From IMG/VR virus record IMGVR_UViG_3300025732_000017: DNA of 64,000 nucleotides; one strand, given 5' to 3'. A program made the translations under genes and the position numbers. This document shows, piece after piece, positions 56,597-64,000 of the stretch (within the stretch, counting starts at the first letter, position 1; every line of letters starts with the position of its first letter). This DNA comes from a virus. A model generated the notes under the pieces. The model searched no databases, was not told the origin of the DNA, and saw only the letters and a list, made by a program, of their open reading frames with translations.

Positions 56597-58108
56597 ATGC
56601 CAGCATTAGTAGCACAAACATTTTCTATAGACGCATTTCTCTATCGTGAAGGCGTGTTTCTATCTAGTGTCGATCTATTTTTTGTCAATAAGGATTCCTC
56701 AGGCATTCTTCCCATCGAAGTTCAATTACGACCAACAAGAAATGGATTTCCTCTTTCTAGTTACGCAATTCCAAATTCGCGTGTTTCGATTGATGCAATT
56801 CGTGTAAATACATCTGATTTGCCTGATACGACAGATCCTGATACAGCAACAACATTTAAATTTCCTGCTCCAGTTTATCTTGAGCCAGGGGGTGAATATG
56901 CACTTGTAGTCTATTCTGATAGTCCTGAGTATGTTCTTCACTCCGCTAAAATTGGCACACCAATTCTTGGAACAGATAGACTTGTCTCTAAACAGCCAGC
57001 ATCAGGTGTGTTATTCAAGCCGCAAAATGCTTCACAATGGGTTCCTTTTGCAGATGAAGACTTGATGTATGTTCTTCGTAAATGCGTATTTACGACAGGT
57101 AGTACTGGAACTGCAATCTTCAATGTTCGTGCACCATCTTCAAATGTTGAAATGGATGCAATGTATGTTAGAACCGATCAAGTAAAATTTGCAACTTCTA
57201 GTGTTGATTACGCATATAAAGCAACATTGAAATCAACAGGAACTCTTGATTCTTCTTACACATCCTTTCTAACAAACAAAGACTATGAGTTCATTGATGG
57301 TTTTGGTCGCAGAAGAATTGATGTAAATAGATCAGATCAGTTTGTTCTCAAGTCTGAAATGTCAACATTAAATGAAGACGTTTCTCCATATGTTGACGTA
57401 CAGAGAGCGGGTTTGTTTACGATTGAAAACATCATCAACAATGCAAATCTATCAAATGCAGTTGTAGTCGTTACCGACGGTGGCGCAGGTCATAATCTAT
57501 CAAATAGCATGACTGTAACAATCTCTGGTGGGAATGGAAGCGGAGCGACAGCAGTTGCAAACGTCACACCTTCCGGAACAATTGATAGGATCTATATTAC
57601 CAGCTTTGGTTCAGGATATACAGAAACACCAACAATCACAATAGAAAATGCATTTGCAACAAGAAATGCATCTGCCATCATCTTGGGTGAGACCAGAAGT
57701 TCTGGTGGTAATTATCTTGCTCGCTATATTAGCCGTCGTGTTACCTTAAATGACGGTTTTGAATCAAGTGATCTTCGAGTATTCTTGACTGCATACAAGC
57801 CTCCAGCTACAGGTATTGAGGTATATTACAAGATACTAAATGCCGATGATTCGGATGATTTTGATACGAAACCATATACAAGAATGTTACAATACACACC
57901 ATCTGGAGTAACATCCACAAACTACAATGATTATATTGAATATGAATATCGTCCATCGTTGAACACGGATTCAATTCTTTATACAAGTGGAACTACAACG
58001 TATGATACCTTCAAATATTTTGCGATAAAAATCGTGCTAAGTAGTTCGGATACAACACTTGTGCCTAAAGTTCGTGACATGAGAGCAATTGCTCTACCAG
58101 CAGGATGA
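56597..58108 (+). CDS. VrlC-like protein, C-terminal part
   Basis: AQTF.....GVFL.SVD.FF; F..F..K.VL.S.....P...D.RAIA. Confidence 0.8.
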   Translation: MPALVAQTFSIDAFLYREGVFLSSVDLFFVNKDSSGILPIEVQLRPTRNGFPLSSYAIPNSRVSIDAIRVNTSDLPDTTDPDTATTFKFPAPVYLEPGGEYALVVYSDSPEYVLHSAKIGTPILGTDRLVSKQPASGVLFKPQNASQWVPFADEDLMYVLRKCVFTTGSTGTAIFNVRAPSSNVEMDAMYVRTDQVKFATSSVDYAYKATLKSTGTLDSSYTSFLTNKDYEFIDGFGRRRIDVNRSDQFVLKSEMSTLNEDVSPYVDVQRAGLFTIENIINNANLSNAVVVVTDGGAGHNLSNSMTVTISGGNGSGATAVANVTPSGTIDRIYITSFGSGYTETPTITIENAFATRNASAIILGETRSSGGNYLARYISRRVTLNDGFESSDLRVFLTAYKPPATGIEVYYKILNADDSDDFDTKPYTRMLQYTPSGVTSTNYNDYIEYEYRPSLNTDSILYTSGTTTYDTFKYFAIKIVLSSSDTTLVPKVRDMRAIALPAG

Positions 58109-58109
58109 T

Positions 58110-58319
58110 ATGACAAAAGTCAAAATTACAGATACTCAATATGTCCGCGATATTCATTCAAAAGCCATTTTGAATACAAATAAGGCGCAACTTGATGAAT
58201 ACAAGGTAAAGAAGAACATGATGGCCAAAGTCAATGAAATAAATACATTAAAGCAAGAAGTTTCTGAAATCAAGGATACCATGAACAAGATACTAGCATT
58301 GTTGTCGGAGAACAAATAA
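58110..58319 (+). CDS. Small conserved virion protein
   Basis: VRD..S.AI.NT motif plus coiled coil. Confidence 0.7.
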   Translation: MTKVKITDTQYVRDIHSKAILNTNKAQLDEYKVKKNMMAKVNEINTLKQEVSEIKDTMNKILALLSENK

Positions 58320-59206
58320 TGGCAGTCAGTAATGTTGCATTGACAAATACTTTTGATCAATGGAGATTGGTTACCAATCAACTTGCTGTCATTGCAAATG
58401 ACATCCTCGATGATGGTCGTCAAACATATCGCAACTTGATTGCAAATGTTGCAACGTCAAATACCGTTGTTTCAAACGTCGTTACAATTTCGGCGATGAA
58501 TGTTGAACCAACAATTATCGCAGCCTTTGCAAAGGCTAATGCCGCAAACGTTGCATTTGATGTTGCTAATGCTGGATTTAACAAAGCAAATACTGCTGCA
58601 TCAATAGGTTCTGCGGCTTTTGACAAGGCAAACACTGCTAATGTTGTTGGATCTGGTGCATTTGACAAGGCAAATAGTGCGAATGTTGTAGCAGTCTCCG
58701 CGTTCAATGCAGCAAATACAGGTACACCTGCGGGCGTCATAATGCCTTATGCGGGATCATCTGAACCATCTGGTTGGTTGTTCTGTTCCGGTAATGCTGT
58801 TTCCAGAACAACATATTCTGGACTATTTTCTGCAATTGGAACAACATATGGTCCAGGAGATAATTCAACGACATTCAATCTACCCGATCTTCGTGGTCGT
58901 GTAATTGCTGGTCGAGACGACATGGGCGGCACTGCAGCATTGCGTGTTACTGATTCTGGCTCAAATGCAAATAGTGGCATTGCTGGAACTACGCTTGGTG
59001 CAAATGGCGGTACACAGACACACATACTAACAACAGCTCAGCTGCCTACGTTTAACATGAGAAGCACTACAGCCACAAGTTCTCCTGCACATGGTGATTT
59101 TGCACCATTCCCTGTTGCTGATGATGTAAATGTCACAGTCGGTGAAAATTATCCACACTTGAATATGCAGCCAACAATAATTCTCAATTACATAATTAAA
59201 ACATAA
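58319..59206 (+). CDS. Tail fibre with tail-collar domain
   Basis: P.G.I.PYAG...P.GWL.C.G..VSRT.Y..LF..IG..YG.GD.STTFNLPDLRG. Confidence 0.85.
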   Translation: MAVSNVALTNTFDQWRLVTNQLAVIANDILDDGRQTYRNLIANVATSNTVVSNVVTISAMNVEPTIIAAFAKANAANVAFDVANAGFNKANTAASIGSAAFDKANTANVVGSGAFDKANSANVVAVSAFNAANTGTPAGVIMPYAGSSEPSGWLFCSGNAVSRTTYSGLFSAIGTTYGPGDNSTTFNLPDLRGRVIAGRDDMGGTAALRVTDSGSNANSGIAGTTLGANGGTQTHILTTAQLPTFNMRSTTATSSPAHGDFAPFPVADDVNVTVGENYPHLNMQPTIILNYIIKT

Positions 59207-59217
59207 CGGAAATTTAA

Positions 59218-59625
59218 ATGTCAAATAGCACTCAATTTGAAGCCGAAAAACACAAAAAATTTGCTCTTTTAGTTAGTGAATTTACTTTTGGGTTTTCACA
59301 CAAAGATTTTTTGTGTGATGGTGTAACATATTGTTTTAGTCTACACGAATTTGCACATCTACTTATAGGCTATATCGGTGGTGTTCAAACATTTCCTGTT
59401 AGAACACATGACGGAACATTGCTGACATTAAATAGACAGCAGCTTGAAAAACTATTTGGTGCAGCATACATGAACGTACTAAAGCAGAGAGATATTGAAT
59501 TTGCAGCAAATTATAAAAAATGGATTGATTGCGAGACAATTGAAGATCTGAATAATTTGAATCCAAAAGAAGGATGGAGTTATAGATCAGTCGCACTTGA
59601 AGCCTATGAGAATGCTAAAAAATAA
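59218..59625 (+). CDS. Putative tail fibre assembly protein
   Basis: Position after fibre gene. Confidence 0.5.
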   Translation: MSNSTQFEAEKHKKFALLVSEFTFGFSHKDFLCDGVTYCFSLHEFAHLLIGYIGGVQTFPVRTHDGTLLTLNRQQLEKLFGAAYMNVLKQRDIEFAANYKKWIDCETIEDLNNLNPKEGWSYRSVALEAYENAKK

Positions 59626-59639
59626 CGGAGTCGATTTAG

Positions 59640-60350
59640 ATGGCCATCAGTAATGTATCACTAACGAATACGTTTGACGAATGGAGAGTGACTACAAATC
59701 AGCTTATCGTTGTAACTAACGATTTGCTTGGTGATGGCTTAACAACATATCGTAGTGTTACTGCAAATGTCGTTACTGCAAATACATTATTTTTTGGTTC
59801 ATTGAATGTAGTTACACTTTTAGCATCAACATTTGATCGTGCAAATGCAGCTAATCTTGTGGCAAATGTTGCATTTGATACAGCAAATGCAGCTTTTGCA
59901 AAAGCAAACATAGCAAATAACAATGCTAGCAATACGGTCTTAAAAACTGGCGACACGATGACAGGAACACTCGTTGTTCCTACAATAAATGTTAGTCAAA
60001 ATTTAAGAGTTACTGGCGGAACAGTAGATATAACAGCTGCAAATATTCTATCACAAACGCTGACTGACGCAAACACAATTTCTTGGGACGCTTCTCTCGG
60101 TCAGATTGCTACAGTAACACTTGGTGGCAATAGAACTCTTGCAAATGCAACTAATCTGAGAGTTGGTACATATGTTCTGCACGTTATTCAAGATGGAACT
60201 GGTGGTAGAACATTGACATTCTCAAATCAATATAGATTTACAGGAAACGTTTCTCCACCATTAACAGCGAATGCAAATTCGAGAGATATGTTTTCATTTG
60301 TATCCGATGGCACTAGATTATATGGCGCTCTAATACCTGATGTCGGATAA
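59640..60350 (+). CDS. Second fibre/adaptor sharing N-terminus with 58319
   Basis: MAISNVSLTNTFDEWR..TNQL; K.GDTMTG.L. Confidence 0.75.
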   Translation: MAISNVSLTNTFDEWRVTTNQLIVVTNDLLGDGLTTYRSVTANVVTANTLFFGSLNVVTLLASTFDRANAANLVANVAFDTANAAFAKANIANNNASNTVLKTGDTMTGTLVVPTINVSQNLRVTGGTVDITAANILSQTLTDANTISWDASLGQIATVTLGGNRTLANATNLRVGTYVLHVIQDGTGGRTLTFSNQYRFTGNVSPPLTANANSRDMFSFVSDGTRLYGALIPDVG

Positions 60351-60358
60351 TTTCTAGC

Positions 60359-61264
60359 ATGTTTACAACAATAGTCACACGACCAAATCAAGTAATAAGA
60401 ATTTCAAGCATTGCAAATAATGTGAATTTGCGTGCAAGTGCAAACACACCAACATATCCTGTAAATCTATTTTGTTTTGTTGATGCAAATGTATCAAGTA
60501 ATGTTTTTAATGGTCCTGCGCTAAGACTTGGAACAGGATGGGCCAACTCGACATATTTCTTCATAAGAAATACCGCAAACATTGTTGGTAATGTAGGCAA
60601 CACGGGAGTTAGTGGGACAGGTGGTGCTGGTGGAAGAGGTTCCGGTTATAATGGTTCTCCTGTTGATGGACAATCGGGTTCAGCTGGAGGAACAGGATTG
60701 GCTGGTGCAAATGGTTCTCCGGGATTTCAAGCAGAAACAGGCAATCAAGTTCTAAAAATATATTTTAATAATTTAGGAATAGTTAGAGGCGGCACTGGTG
60801 GTCCAGGTGGTTTTGGCGGTGGCGGCGGTGGCGGCGGTGGATCAACTGGTTATCTATTGGTTCCTAGCAAGGGCGTCCCGTACTATAATTATTATGGTGG
60901 TGGTGGCGGTGGCGGCGGTGCAGGTGTTTCTGGAGGAACTGGTGGTGCTGGTGGCGTATCATTGTACGTTCCTTCAGGCTCCGCGGGATCAAACGGAACG
61001 GCATCACTAGGTGGAGCTGGTGGTGCAGCATCACCTGGCGGCAGTCCGCCCGGCGGCGCTGGGGGTCCTGGCGGAAACACGGCACAAGCAGGATTTGGTG
61101 GCGCAAATGGAGGCGGTTATGCATTCAATGCAACTCTTGGAGCAAAACCGGGAGGCACTGCTGGTGCTACAGGAAATATAGGAAACACAGGCTTTGCTAT
61201 TGCAGGAAATAATTTAATTACGTTTATTGCTATTGGAACTCTAAGCGGCAACACAAGCAATTAA
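60359..61264 (+). CDS. Gly-rich adhesin (gp38-like)
   Basis: Poly-Gly motifs with aromatic residues at fibre tip position. Confidence 0.65.
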   Translation: MFTTIVTRPNQVIRISSIANNVNLRASANTPTYPVNLFCFVDANVSSNVFNGPALRLGTGWANSTYFFIRNTANIVGNVGNTGVSGTGGAGGRGSGYNGSPVDGQSGSAGGTGLAGANGSPGFQAETGNQVLKIYFNNLGIVRGGTGGPGGFGGGGGGGGGSTGYLLVPSKGVPYYNYYGGGGGGGGAGVSGGTGGAGGVSLYVPSGSAGSNGTASLGGAGGAASPGGSPPGGAGGPGGNTAQAGFGGANGGGYAFNATLGAKPGGTAGATGNIGNTGFAIAGNNLITFIAIGTLSGNTSN

Positions 61265-61894
61265 TTATATAAACTTTGGTCCAACGACCCATATGACAAT
61301 TGATTTTCTAATTCCTCGTGTCACGGGATTTACTCTATGAATGAGATATGAGGGGAAAAATATGATTCTCCCTCTTTTCATGATTACTTTTTCTGGTTCA
61401 TTTTGATTTCCAACATTTATTTCAAATTCACCACCCTCAAAGTCTTTTTCTGGATCTGATAGACACATAACAACTGATAGTTTTCTCGTCGTATTTGGAG
61501 TGCTTTGACCATGCAATATGTCCATATGCCAGTCATATTTTCCATCCTCGGAAGCGTGATATTCGGTATATTGAATATCACGATATCCGTTTAAATTATA
61601 GTTATAGTAGTTTTCATTTATCGTTGTTATGATTGAATTGAATTTATCAAATATCCAACTTGTGTTTTCATCTTTTGTATAAAAGTGAACTTTTGATTTT
61701 CTTATTTTTTCAAGTTCTTGCTCATCTTGGGTTCCAACAACTGTCGCTTTTTGCAATTCGTTCGAAGAACATATTTCTTCGATTTTTTTTAGTTCATCAT
61801 CATTAAATCCATTATCCCAATAAGCCCATGAATATGTTACATTTGATCTTTCTTCAGGATTGTTGGATAATACTTTGTACATGAAGTTCTCCAC
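61265..61894 (-). CDS. 2OG-Fe(II) prolyl-hydroxylase-like oxygenase
   Basis: YDWH.D, RKLS, FEGG, FPS...HRV.PV..G.R.S...W..GP. Confidence 0.9.
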   Translation of the reverse strand: MENFMYKVLSNNPEERSNVTYSWAYWDNGFNDDELKKIEEICSSNELQKATVVGTQDEQELEKIRKSKVHFYTKDENTSWIFDKFNSIITTINENYYNYNLNGYRDIQYTEYHASEDGKYDWHMDILHGQSTPNTTRKLSVVMCLSDPEKDFEGGEFEINVGNQNEPEKVIMKRGRIIFFPSYLIHRVNPVTRGIRKSIVIWVVGPKFI

Positions 61895-61909
61895 ATGACA
61901 ATTTTTTCA

Positions 61910-61917
61910 TATAAATA
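61910..61917 (+). promoter_or_regulatory. T4-type late promoter
   Basis: TATAAATA; related NTAAATA motifs at 22917, 28809, 38580, 44761, 50576, 63617 and on the minus strand at 26980-26987. Confidence 0.7.
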
Positions 61918-61949
61918 TATAGTATATGTACTAGAACACGAGGAAAAAG

Positions 61950-62396
61950 ATGGAAGTCAAGTATCGAATAATTGATGTTGATCCCAATCAGCACTCTATC
62001 ATCGTTAGATATTATACAAATGTATTGACAGAAGATAGTTTGGCCATTTCGTTCAATACCGACGGATCAATTGCAAGAAGAGCAGATGGCTCTCCGCAAA
62101 GATGTCAAACAGACTATCACATCAATATATGGAAAACAGAAACACCGCCAACGGAAGAAGAAATACAAAAGATTGCGAATGATTCCGCTCCATATGACTG
62201 GTTCAAGTTGAAACACGACATTTTGGATCCAAACATAGATACATCTCTATCAAATGTTTCGTCTCTTGTTGGTAAAGAATTTGCAGCAATAAAACCTGTT
62301 ATTGCTATCGTTGAAGAAAAAACAACAGAAGAAAACATTGAAAACGAGATTCAAAAAATAATCGATTCACTAACAGCAAATACATCAAATACCTAA
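61950..62396 (+). CDS. Hypothetical protein
   Basis: GAGG RBS after late promoter. Confidence 0.6.
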   Translation: MEVKYRIIDVDPNQHSIIVRYYTNVLTEDSLAISFNTDGSIARRADGSPQRCQTDYHINIWKTETPPTEEEIQKIANDSAPYDWFKLKHDILDPNIDTSLSNVSSLVGKEFAAIKPVIAIVEEKTTEENIENEIQKIIDSLTANTSNT

Positions 62397-62411
62397 TTAG
62401 TTTTTTTCGTC

Positions 62412-63587
62412 ATGAACAAGAAGTTGGGCTTTTATACTATAGGCACAAGTGTGTTTGAATCCAAGATACAAGCATGTGTTTTGGCAAATAAAGTCTTGAA
62501 AGAAATGAATCAAAGTATTCATCCTTTGAGATTGCTACAGTGGAATTTCAATGATGAAGTATTTGAAGCATATGACTGGACAAAAGAGCCAGAAAAAACT
62601 CTTGACGAATTATACAATGCAAGGGCGCGAGACATTCGTGAAAAATATGATCATGTGATTGTTAGTTATAGTGGAGGTGCTGATAGTCATAACATGCTTA
62701 TGGCTTTTCTAAGACAAGATCTATTTGTCGATGAAATCATAGTCACGCACATGAATAAGGCCATGAATGATTATGCTATAATTGATCCATCCGAAAAATC
62801 AGCAAGGTATGCATATTCATCTGAATATGCTCTTCAAACGATTCCAAGATTAAAAGAAATATCAAATCTTTCTCCACAAACAAAGATAAGAATATTTGAT
62901 GTAAGCGATTCTGTGTTCAACGCATTTGCAAGACATAATGATGAAAGTTGGATCTTTCAAGTCAGGGAAGAATTGAATCCTATAGATGCATCGCGATACA
63001 ATTATCTTCAATTTCCAGAATTCAAGAAGCAGCTTGATCACGACAAGAAAACAGCAATAATTCTTGGTGTTGATAAACCAAAGATTCGCATATTTGAAGA
63101 CACAAAAAAAGTTTGTATGTATTTTAGCGATAGAATGGCAAACATAACACCAATAGGTGAATATGCTAAAGATTATACAAACACGACAATTGAATATTTT
63201 TATTGGTCACCTGATGCATGTGACATGATATGCAAACAAGCACATGTCATCATGAATTGGTTGAGAATAAACACGAAGTTTCAACCTTTTTTTTACAAGA
63301 TGCCAAAGCCCCTTGAAATGGGAAGAATACCTTCCGAGAGAATCATAAGACCCTTGTTATACACAACGTGGAATGGTTCATGGTTTCAAGCCAATAAGGC
63401 AATGTTTGATTGGTATTCTGAGTTTGATTACTGGTTCATAGAAAATCATAGAAACACCATTGAATATTCTTTATGGAAAAAAGGTCTTGCTCATGTCATA
63501 AAAAATTGCGACTTGTACATACAAAATAGACATAGACCCGATGCTTTAATGACTATTGAAAAGCAATATTTTGTTGGTTTGATGTAA
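62412..63587 (+). CDS. PP-loop (adenine nucleotide alpha-hydrolase-like) protein
   Basis: VSYSGGADS motif. Confidence 0.65.
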   Translation: MNKKLGFYTIGTSVFESKIQACVLANKVLKEMNQSIHPLRLLQWNFNDEVFEAYDWTKEPEKTLDELYNARARDIREKYDHVIVSYSGGADSHNMLMAFLRQDLFVDEIIVTHMNKAMNDYAIIDPSEKSARYAYSSEYALQTIPRLKEISNLSPQTKIRIFDVSDSVFNAFARHNDESWIFQVREELNPIDASRYNYLQFPEFKKQLDHDKKTAIILGVDKPKIRIFEDTKKVCMYFSDRMANITPIGEYAKDYTNTTIEYFYWSPDACDMICKQAHVIMNWLRINTKFQPFFYKMPKPLEMGRIPSERIIRPLLYTTWNGSWFQANKAMFDWYSEFDYWFIENHRNTIEYSLWKKGLAHVIKNCDLYIQNRHRPDALMTIEKQYFVGLM

Positions 63588-63641
63588 AATAGCATTTGTC
63601 TTGTTTTTCTTGATATACTAAATAGTCAAAAAGGCACGAAG

Positions 63642-63977
63642 ATGGCATCTTACGCGGAACTAATAGTCGATCAGGGCTCTACTTTTAGCACGATTTTGAC
63701 GCTAACTGACGATACAACCAATTTACCGATTAATGTTTCGGGTTATTCAATCAATGCAAATATCAAGAAATCATATTATTCTGCAAACAATACTGCAGTT
63801 TTCACTTCTGTAATAAATGATGCTGCAAATGGAAATGTAAGTATTTCACTTTCGGCAGACACTTCCTTAAATATAAAGGCAGGTAGATATGTTTATGATG
63901 TAAAAACAACAAGCACGGGAAATGTTGTTACTAGAATTATTGAGGGTATTCTAACGGTAACACCAAGAGTATCATGA
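63642..63977 (+). CDS. Conserved small virion protein
   Basis: L..DQG..F, G......IKK.Y, GRY.YD, R..EG..TV.P. Confidence 0.7.
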   Translation: MASYAELIVDQGSTFSTILTLTDDTTNLPINVSGYSINANIKKSYYSANNTAVFTSVINDAANGNVSISLSADTSLNIKAGRYVYDVKTTSTGNVVTRIIEGILTVTPRVS

Positions 63978-64000
63978 TATGGCAATATCCGTAAAAATAA

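Noticed and set aside
58319-61264. Diversity-generating retroelement
   Set aside because: No reverse transcriptase and no TR/VR pair differing at adenines
1-64000. Genetic code reassignment, introns or inteins
   Set aside because: Core genes translate at expected lengths with the standard code and show no intein or homing-endonuclease motifs

Overview
This window is part of a large T4-like myophage genome with cyanophage/phiM12-type gene order. The host is very probably an alphaproteobacterium, judged from the two-piece tmRNA with an ANDNYASEMALAA tag and the GC-rich early genes. (1) 1-18.7 kb is an early/accessory region of short single-gene cassettes. Each cassette sits behind a near-identical sigma70 promoter module, and 19 of these carry a YAA-N4-TTGAT (IHF-like) element a fixed 32-34 bp upstream of the -35. 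(2) About 17 translationally coupled mini-ORFs built on a 12-bp repeat (QVWN/QVWD) lie in four arrays; two arrays flank a DUF6745-type gene. (3) 20.5-33.7 kb holds auxiliary and replication genes: SGNH hydrolase, 2OG oxygenase, pstS, dps, glycosylase-like, radical SAM, phoH, exonuclease, tmRNA, SleB hydrolase, gp33, gp59, gp32. (4) 33.8-64 kb is the AT-rich tail/baseplate module: tape measure/hub with a lysozyme domain, gp51, gp26, gp54-like, gp2, gp4, gp48, gp53, hub, gp5, PAAR, gp25, gp6-8, a split VrlC-like protein and fibres. The strongest new candidates are the QVW mini-ORF/DUF6745 system, the phased promoter-cassette array, a candidate -1 frameshift fusing gp26 to gp51, and a permuted tmRNA with a structured 101-nt insert, possibly accompanied by an ArfA-like peptide. 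All family assignments are from motif recognition; no searches were run.
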